64,000 nt of DNA, from positions 327,628 to 391,627 of the forward strand of contig CAZLUD010000001.1 of assembly GCA_964562615.1 (NCBI GenBank), in the 5' to 3' direction. Numbering within the stretch: the stretch's first letter is position 1; each line of letters starts with the position of its first letter. The notes under the pieces are model-generated. The model was given only the letters and a program-made list of their open reading frames with translations. It did no database searches and was not told the origin of the DNA. Below, piece by piece: positions 57,527-64,000 of this stretch. The stretch is from an uncultured Candidatus Saccharibacteria bacterium (lineage in GTDB: Bacteria; Patescibacteriota; Minisyncoccia; Phycocordibacterales; UBA12088). The position numbers and the translations under genes are program-made.

Positions 57527-59891
57527 AAAACAGACAAAAAAAAGAATAGTCCTCCTTGATACGCATGCAATTTTGCATAGGGCGTATCATGCGCTGCCAG
57601 ATTTTGTTGCGCCTGATGGATCACCTACTGGAGCGCTCTATGGACTAGTAACTATGCTACTTAAACTTGGAAGTGATCTTACCCCAGACTATATCGTTGC
57701 TTGCTATGACTTGCCGGGCCCAACGTATCGACATCACGCATTTGAAGGGTACAAGGCAACACGAGAAAAAATGGAGGATGCGCTTTCTTCTCAGATTGAA
57801 AAATCGCGCACGCTACTTGCTGCATTTGGTATTCCTGTATACGAGGCACCGGGATTTGAAGCGGATGATATTTTAGGAACTATTGCCGCCCAGACAAAAA
57901 AACAAAAAGATATTGAAATAGTCATTGCGTCAGGTGATATGGATACCATGCAATTAGTGACAGATGGTCACGTGCGTGTGTTTACCCTGAAAAAGGGTAT
58001 CAAAGAGACAATCCTATACGACGAAGCAGCGGTGGTGGAGAGGTTTGGCTTTCGCCCCACACTACTTCCTGACTTTAAAGGGTTACGAGGAGACCCATCA
58101 GACAACATACCAGGTATTCATGGTATCGGAGAGAAAACGGCAACCATCCTTATTACCAACTTTGGTGGTATTACAGATATATACAAGACAATAAAAAAAG
58201 ACCCAGAAGCTATACGAAATGCAGGTATAACGGAGAGAATGCTACAAAAGCTTATCGAAGGTGAGGAGGACGCACTTTTTTCAAAGGAGCTTGCAACTAT
58301 TCGTACTGATGCACCCATCACCTTTTCACTACCCACAAAGCCGTGGCAAGAGGGAATTGATATTGATACCATCGTGTCATTGTTTGATGCGTATGCATTT
58401 CGCACGCTCACCCAACGAGTGCGGGCGCTTAAAGGGGTGCAAGAGAGTGCGGAGAGCATACAAGCAACTGAGCCTAAAGAAGATATAGACGAGGTGTTGC
58501 TCGCAAAAGCAAAAATAGCGTTATGGCTTTTAGATTCAGAACGAACAAATCCAGGGTATGAAGAAGTGCTTGATTATACACAAAAGAAAAACCTAAGAGA
58601 GGCGCATGAGCACCTACTCCTTTTATTAGAAAAAGACACTCTTCTACGAGTGTATACAGATATTGAGCTGCCTCTTATACCGGTGGTGATGCGAATGAAA
58701 GAGCGAGGGGTGCTCATAGACAGAACGTATCTACACGAGCTGTCTGTTACGTATCACAAAGAACTAGAAGCAATCGAACGTGATATTTATGAGCTTGCAG
58801 GAACTACCTTTAACATCAACTCACCAAAACAATTAGGTGACATTTTATTTGGAACATTAGAACTTGAGGTAAAGGGAGTTAAAAAAACAGCGACAGGGCA
58901 ACGATCAACTCGTGAAAGTGAGTTGGCAAAAATCGCAGACCAACATCCAATAGTTGCAAAGATTCTTACCCATCGCGAACTTTCGAAGCTTTTAAGTACC
59001 TACATAGACACCATACCAAATCTACTTGGTGACGATTCACGGCTTCATGCTGATTTTATACAAACAGGTACCACCACAGGAAGAATGGCAAGTCAGAATC
59101 CAAACATGCAAAATCTTCCTATACGGACAGAGCATGGAAAAAACATACGCAAGGCAATTACCGCCCCTGAAGGATTTAGTATTTTAGCGCTCGATTATTC
59201 GCAAATAGAGCTGAGGATTGCCGCTATTCTTTCTGGGGATGAAAAGTTAACTCGGGTATTTCTTGAGGGGAGAGATATTCATCTTGCGGTAGCGGCAGAA
59301 GTATTTGGTGTTCCACCAGAAGAAGTTGATAAAGAAATGCGCCGCCGTGCAAAGGTAATTAACTTTGGCATTCTCTACGGGATGGGTGTTTCTGCGTTGA
59401 TGCAAAACCTAGGAACTTCTCGGAAGGAAGCGCAAGATTTTTATAACCACTACTTTGAATCGTTCCCTGGAATTACCCACTACTTAAATAAAACAAAAGA
59501 CGAGGTGCGGCGTCTGGGGTACACCGAGACGCTTTATGGAAGAAAGCGCCGGTTCCCAGGCATTCGCTCTCCGCTTCCATACGTGGTGGCGCAAGCTGAG
59601 CGCATGGCAATCAATGCACCAATCCAAGGTACGCAGTCAGATATTATAAAAATTGCGATGAGCCGTATTCATCAACAGATTGAAAAAAATAAATGGAATA
59701 ATGATGCCTACATGATTATGCAGGTGCACGATGAACTGGTGTTTGAGGTACGGGATGAGATTGTTGACGATGCCATTCACGTGTTTTCAGAGATTATGGA
59801 GGGCGTGCTCCCAAAGAATGAATCAAGAGGTATAACCCTTAAGGTGGATGCAGAAACTGGAGTATCGTGGGGCGACATGAAAGAACTATGA
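57519..59891 (+). CDS. polA: DNA polymerase I (5'-3' exonuclease + polymerase, middle domain reduced)
   Basis: EADDILGT, GDPSDNIPG, DYSQIELR, NFGILYG, QVHDEL. Confidence 0.97.
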   Translation: MSKKQTKKRIVLLDTHAILHRAYHALPDFVAPDGSPTGALYGLVTMLLKLGSDLTPDYIVACYDLPGPTYRHHAFEGYKATREKMEDALSSQIEKSRTLLAAFGIPVYEAPGFEADDILGTIAAQTKKQKDIEIVIASGDMDTMQLVTDGHVRVFTLKKGIKETILYDEAAVVERFGFRPTLLPDFKGLRGDPSDNIPGIHGIGEKTATILITNFGGITDIYKTIKKDPEAIRNAGITERMLQKLIEGEEDALFSKELATIRTDAPITFSLPTKPWQEGIDIDTIVSLFDAYAFRTLTQRVRALKGVQESAESIQATEPKEDIDEVLLAKAKIALWLLDSERTNPGYEEVLDYTQKKNLREAHEHLLLLLEKDTLLRVYTDIELPLIPVVMRMKERGVLIDRTYLHELSVTYHKELEAIERDIYELAGTTFNINSPKQLGDILFGTLELEVKGVKKTATGQRSTRESELAKIADQHPIVAKILTHRELSKLLSTYIDTIPNLLGDDSRLHADFIQTGTTTGRMASQNPNMQNLPIRTEHGKNIRKAITAPEGFSILALDYSQIELRIAAILSGDEKLTRVFLEGRDIHLAVAAEVFGVPPEEVDKEMRRRAKVINFGILYGMGVSALMQNLGTSRKEAQDFYNHYFESFPGITHYLNKTKDEVRRLGYTETLYGRKRRFPGIRSPLPYVVAQAERMAINAPIQGTQSDIIKIAMSRIHQQIEKNKWNNDAYMIMQVHDELVFEVRDEIVDDAIHVFSEIMEGVLPKNESRGITLKVDAETGVSWGDMKEL

Positions 59892-60610
59892 TATACGCGT
59901 ATCTCATCGAGCATAATGAAGGATTAGCAAAAGTAAGATCATTAGAATCTACACTCAGAGCAAAACAGCCTGATGCGGGGTATTTTGTTGTTGATGAAGA
60001 AAATCTATCCTTGTCACTTATACATGAACTTACTGAATCACAGGGATTATTTGCAAAACGATATTTGGTACGGGTGGAGGGAAATTTTTCATCAGCAGAA
60101 CACAAAGAAGTAATCAAAAAGGCAATACCGCTTATGGCGGAATCAGAGAATGTGTTTATTGTTCTTTCTGAGCAGGTAGATAGCGCAACAAAAAAACTTC
60201 TTGCAACACATGCAGAGAAAGTACTAGAGCCAAAAAAAGCGCTAGATGATGTGAAAGAGAAACAGAGCGGTAACCTTTTTAGACTAACTGATGCTTTTGG
60301 TGATAGAAACACAAACCGTATGTGGAGCTTGTATAGAGAAGCAAAAGAAAATGGTGCATCAGACGAAGAGATACATGGACTCCTGTGTTGGCAGTATCGG
60401 CAGATGCTATTTGCAACAAAAGAATCATCTGCTGAAAATGCCGGTATGAAGTCATTTATCTATACTAAGGTCACTCGTCAGGCGAGGAACTTCTCTGCAG
60501 CGGAGTTGGTACACATTGGCACTACGCTAACGGCGATGAATCATGATGATAGGCGAGGGCTGCGAGACTTAGCGACATCACTTGAATTGTTTACCCTTAC
60601 CCTTCGGTAG
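59888..60610 (+). CDS. holA: DNA polymerase III delta subunit-like (reduced)
   Basis: QGLFAKRYLV, LFRLTDAFG; ATGA overlap with polA. Confidence 0.6.
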   Translation: MIYAYLIEHNEGLAKVRSLESTLRAKQPDAGYFVVDEENLSLSLIHELTESQGLFAKRYLVRVEGNFSSAEHKEVIKKAIPLMAESENVFIVLSEQVDSATKKLLATHAEKVLEPKKALDDVKEKQSGNLFRLTDAFGDRNTNRMWSLYREAKENGASDEEIHGLLCWQYRQMLFATKESSAENAGMKSFIYTKVTRQARNFSAAELVHIGTTLTAMNHDDRRGLRDLATSLELFTLTLR

Positions 60611-60744
60611 GTGTAAGAATGGGTGATGGGTGGCGTCACCGCAATAGGAAGCACATCTATGCTTGGTACCCTGGAGCAAAATGCCGTCTAGTGATTTGGG
60701 CATTTTACGCAGAGCACCTAGCGTAAAAAATGAGGAGGACGCTG

Positions 60745-61266
60745 ATGACTCTCAGCAGGATCGTCGAAATAACGAGCAACAAACACAGAAACAGAATACG
60801 GCGCACGCCTATTCTCATTCTCGTTGGTGCTTTTATTCTTTTGCTTTTTCTATCGAAGATTGCAAACGCAACTCAAAACGATATTGAGTGCTTGGCTAAC
60901 AATGCTGCCTATGAAGCGGCAGGTCAGGGTGTGACTGCAATGGCAAATGTTATTGAAGTAACCATCAATAGAGCAAATGGAAAGAGTATATGCCAGGTAG
61001 TGTATGAAAAAACTACCAATGGTGTTTGCCAATTTTCTTGGGTGTGCATGCAAAAAAGGAGAGTGCTCACTCACAGGGAAAAGAAGCTTGCTATAGATAT
61101 TGCACAATCAGCGTTATACGGAGGAGCTACCCTCAACTCCCCATTTACAGAGGATGCACAATATTTTTGTGTACCAAAGGCATGCAAAAAATGGCATGCA
61201 AAAAGCCCGCAACTAGAACGGGTAGGATATGATGGTGCCCACGTGTATTACAGAGTAGCATCGTAA
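60745..61266 (+). CDS. SleB/CwlJ-like cell wall hydrolase
   Basis: CLANNAAYEAAGQ, VTINR, ICQVVY, CQFSWVC, GAHVYY. Confidence 0.85.
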   Translation: MTLSRIVEITSNKHRNRIRRTPILILVGAFILLLFLSKIANATQNDIECLANNAAYEAAGQGVTAMANVIEVTINRANGKSICQVVYEKTTNGVCQFSWVCMQKRRVLTHREKKLAIDIAQSALYGGATLNSPFTEDAQYFCVPKACKKWHAKSPQLERVGYDGAHVYYRVAS

Positions 61267-61274
61267 TATGTGTG

Positions 61275-61303
61275 GAAAGGGCTCGACAATGTCGAGCCCT
61301 TTC
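61275..61303 (+). terminator. intrinsic terminator
   Basis: gaaagggctcgaca / tgtcgagccctttc. Confidence 0.75.
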
Positions 61304-61328
61304 TGTGTATGGAAGTACATTTGTGGTG

Positions 61329-61382
61329 CGACCAAAAAATAATGAGCTCTGCGAATATATTTTTTGAAGTACTCTTGTGGTG
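61329..61382 (+). mobile_element. 54-bp CGACC...GAAGTAC...TGTGG mini-element, with a partial copy at 61309-61328
   Basis: Same termini and length as units at 10898-11171. Confidence 0.72.
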
Positions 61383-61596
61383 CGCCCGGGAGCTCGGTCA
61401 CTAGTTGCTAACCATTTTGTACGCTTCGCTTCAAAATGCTAAGCACTTGCGACCCCGACTCGGCGACAATTTTGCTCCATTTCATTTCGCAAAATCGTAA
61501 ACCGCCTCCGTCTTTCGAACCCTACGCAAAGCACGAAGGTGCTTTGCTCCACGGGGCACCTAATCAAAATGGAACACCTACGTGTTCTATTTTTCA
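61378..61596. repeat. tRNA-Lys 3' trailer element: 15-bp direct copy (61378-61392) and interrupted inverted copy (61514-61560)
   Basis: tggtgcgcccgggag repeated; ttcgaaccct...ggcacc split by a palindrome; core resembles 11236-11295. Confidence 0.8.
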
Positions 61597-61672
61597 TGGT
61601 GCGCCCGGGAGGGTTCGAACCTCCGACCAATGGCTTAAAAGGCCACTGCTCTACCAGCTGAGCTACAGGCGC
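61597..61672 (-). tRNA. tRNA-Lys(TTT), CCA encoded
   Basis: GCGCCTGTAGCTCAGCTGGTAGAGCAGTGGCCTTTTAAGCCATTGGTCGGAGGTTCGAACCCTCCCGGGCGCACCA. Confidence 0.97.
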
Positions 61673-61715
61673 GTACGAGACGCACTATACCACAAATAGC
61701 GTTCAAGTCGATATG

Positions 61716-62126
61716 TTAGAGCCGCGGAATATCAATAGCGAGTACTCCAGCGCCACTAAGTAACAAAGAAAGGCACACGACAAAGATAAGTATATAGGTT
61801 GCTCGTTCATTTTTTGCTACTGATGGGTAGGTTCGTTGTAGGTAGTAGAGCTTTCCTGCGATGAGCATACCGCCAATAGCTGCTGCTTGAGTAAGGAAGC
61901 CGGTAATAAGGAATGCTCCCACAATGATTTCAAAAAATGATAAATACCATATAAATAAGATACCAAGCGATCCCCACTCGACTCGCAAGCTTGTGGCACA
62001 GTCAGCATATCTATCTTTCTTTAGGAACTCTATTCCCCAGTATAAAAAGTAGGATCCAACCACCACGCGTAGGAGTAATGGAGCAAAAAGCACAAAGGTG
62101 ATTAGTTCTGGAAATATGTTAAGCAT
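61716..62126 (-). CDS. DoxX family membrane protein
   Basis: LLLRVVVG, EIIVGAFLITGFLTQ, GAGVLAID. Confidence 0.85.
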   Translation of the reverse strand: MLNIFPELITFVLFAPLLLRVVVGSYFLYWGIEFLKKDRYADCATSLRVEWGSLGILFIWYLSFFEIIVGAFLITGFLTQAAAIGGMLIAGKLYYLQRTYPSVAKNERATYILIFVVCLSLLLSGAGVLAIDIPRL

Positions 62127-62167
62127 AAGGGTATTGTAGCAGGACAGGGCAAAAAACACTTCCACAC

Positions 62168-62635
62168 ATGAAAATACTTATTCTTGAAAACATACGAAGC
62201 GCCGAAAATACAGGCTCAATTCTGCGTACGGCAGAAGCGCTGGGTGTTGAAGAGGTGTTGCTCGTAGGAACCACACCAACCCCAATTGATAGATTTGGCA
62301 GAGTAAGAAACGACATCAAAAAAGTTGCCCTAGGGGCAGAGAGTATGCCGTGGAAATTTTTTGAGACAATGCGTGAGGCGGTTGACTATGTGCGTACGCA
62401 TAAGCTTTGCCTGCTTGTGCTTGAACAAGATGTTCGCTCGATATCGTATCAGTCGTGTCAGGTACACAACGACTTTGCGCTGGTTGTTGGTAACGAGGTG
62501 GAGGGGGTAAGTGCATACGCAAAAGATAGCGCCGATACCATTATAGAAATACCTCTTTTAGGTAAAAAGGAATCCCTCAATGTCTCGGTAGCGCTTGGGA
62601 TAGCACTTGCGTCACTTGTTCACGGTAGGAGTTAA
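62168..62635 (+). CDS. TrmH/SpoU family RNA methyltransferase
   Basis: ENIRSAENTGSILRTA, VGNEVEG, ESLNVSVA. Confidence 0.93.
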   Translation: MKILILENIRSAENTGSILRTAEALGVEEVLLVGTTPTPIDRFGRVRNDIKKVALGAESMPWKFFETMREAVDYVRTHKLCLLVLEQDVRSISYQSCQVHNDFALVVGNEVEGVSAYAKDSADTIIEIPLLGKKESLNVSVALGIALASLVHGRS

Positions 62636-63588
62636 TACCGTATTCTGTCTACCACCACACCTGATGGATCAATAAGATCTATAACGTCATGCTCGTTATT
62701 CCAAAGCTCTTTGGTGAGTCCAAAAAACAGACGCCACTCTGGTCTAAAAAATCCACGCACTTCACTAAATCTATCAACGCATCCAGCATAGGTAAGCTCG
62801 TTTTGTATAAAAGTGACACACTCAGAAGAGAAGGTTTTTGGTAGTTCTTCTAGCACCATCTCGCACCGAGGTATGCGTGATATGTATTCAGTGCAGGATT
62901 CACCAAGACCGTCAGAGAGCTTTTTCATATCAAAGGTTTCGCTTGGGAGTGGGCAGTAATGATAGAGGCGGGGGAAGTAGTCTTGAAATTGATCAAAGTA
63001 CCCAGTACATCCGTTTACCCTAAAGGATGATCCGATAGGAGATTCACCAGTAGTTAGGTATACCCGTTCTCCAGGGGCAAGATATACCGGCGCTTCTTCG
63101 TTAATGCGTGAAGTGTACGCTATTCTTGCTGCCTCAGGAATAATAGCCTCAGCTCCACTGTTGTTGCTTCGTATTTTCCACCCACTTATATTAACGGACT
63201 CTGTCGCATCGGGAGCCACTTCAAGCACGAGGTACTCTTTTTTAGTCTCAGAATATTGTGTCCCGGTTGGGCCATCAACAAAGCGAACTTTGTTCCATAA
63301 TGGAGAAGTACTTTTGAACGAGCTATCTCTTCCTATAGAAAAAGAAATACCAAGATTGTCGGTAAAGCCATCGCCATAATATTCTTGTCCTTCTGTCCTT
63401 CCTGTAAAGAGCTCGCCTATTGTATTTGGGTCAGTTTCTCCAGAAAAAGTACCAGTCTGATTAGGGGCGGTGATAAAGGGGCGCTTTGATTGTTCGCGCG
63501 AAGGTCCTCCCATAGATACCCATACAAAAAAGAGCACAATAAAAATGCCTATCACGAAAAAGAGATCTTTTTTTGCATCGCCATCCAT
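62632..63588 (-). CDS. membrane-anchored Cys-containing protein, lamin-tail-like
   Basis: N-terminal TM, EYLVL...VNISGWKI, LWNNEHDVIDLID. Confidence 0.65.
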   Translation of the reverse strand: MDGDAKKDLFFVIGIFIVLFFVWVSMGGPSREQSKRPFITAPNQTGTFSGETDPNTIGELFTGRTEGQEYYGDGFTDNLGISFSIGRDSSFKSTSPLWNKVRFVDGPTGTQYSETKKEYLVLEVAPDATESVNISGWKIRSNNSGAEAIIPEAARIAYTSRINEEAPVYLAPGERVYLTTGESPIGSSFRVNGCTGYFDQFQDYFPRLYHYCPLPSETFDMKKLSDGLGESCTEYISRIPRCEMVLEELPKTFSSECVTFIQNELTYAGCVDRFSEVRGFFRPEWRLFFGLTKELWNNEHDVIDLIDPSGVVVDRIRY

Positions 63589-63597
63589 ACTGCTATC

Positions 63598-64000
63598 CTA
63601 CGCTTTAGAGGATGTATTGTGAAGCACTTCAATTTCTTCTGCGGCAACAGCGCTATCACTCCAAGGAGTTTTTTTACCTCCCGCTTCCATTATATAAGGA
63701 TCAGTACCTTTACCGGTAATAAGTACTACATCCTTTTCTTTTGCGAGGTGTAACGCTTCACGTATTGCATGTCGTCTATCAAGAATTATTTTTGGCGTGA
63801 TGGTAGTAAAGCCAGGAAGCATGTCTTGTAGTATTTGCTTTGGGTCCTCGTCATAGGGATCCTCATTGGTGAGGATTGCAACATCACAATAGGTATCAGC
63901 AACCTTTGCCATGAGTGGGCGCTTCCACTTGTCACGGCCACCACCACAGCTCCCAAGCACGCATATTTTTCTTTTTGTTTTAAATGCAGCATAGAGCTTT
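63598..64000 (-). CDS. murE: MurE-type Mur ligase, C-terminal part (truncated by window edge)
   Basis: GGGRDKWKRP, TNEDPYDEDP, DRRHAI, ITGKG. Confidence 0.9.
   Translation of the reverse strand, partial: KLYAAFKTKRKICVLGSCGGGRDKWKRPLMAKVADTYCDVAILTNEDPYDEDPKQILQDMLPGFTTITPKIILDRRHAIREALHLAKEKDVVLITGKGTDPYIMEAGGKKTPWSDSAVAAEEIEVLHNTSSKA

Noticed and set aside
1-64000. Alternative genetic code (TGA recoded)
   Set aside because: Core genes are full-length under code 11, and polA ends at TGA at its expected C-terminus.

Overview
A 64-kb stretch of core chromosome around the replication origin (rpmH-dnaA-oriC-dnaN) of a small-genome bacterium using code 11. Gene content and style (short YebC, NYN gene between rpsO and pnp, chromosomal PrgI/VirB4/VirB6/pilin cluster, PilB, ComM, few Shine-Dalgarno sites) suggest Patescibacteria/CPR, probably Parcubacteria; this is inference, not a database result. 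Most ORFs are housekeeping genes, and there are five minus-strand tRNAs (Gly-TCC, Pro-TGG, Gly-GCC, Arg-TCG, Lys-TTT). Three things stand out. (1) Four of the five tRNAs carry a structured 3' trailer containing an antisense copy and then a direct copy of that tRNA's own 3' end. (2) A 54-56 bp mini-element (CGACC-hairpin-GAAGTAC..TGTGG) is inserted at CG sites in those trailers, singly, in tandem and nested. (3) In the T4SS-like locus, two secreted glycan-active proteins share a near-identical 367-bp N-terminal module whose apparently missing helix, with a partner cysteine, is found in the upstream protein, suggesting a docking system for swappable cargo. Also seen: a probable 6S RNA, a long pnp leader duplex, pervasive leaderless promoters, and several small ORFs missing from the ORF track. 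All product calls come from motif recognition by eye.
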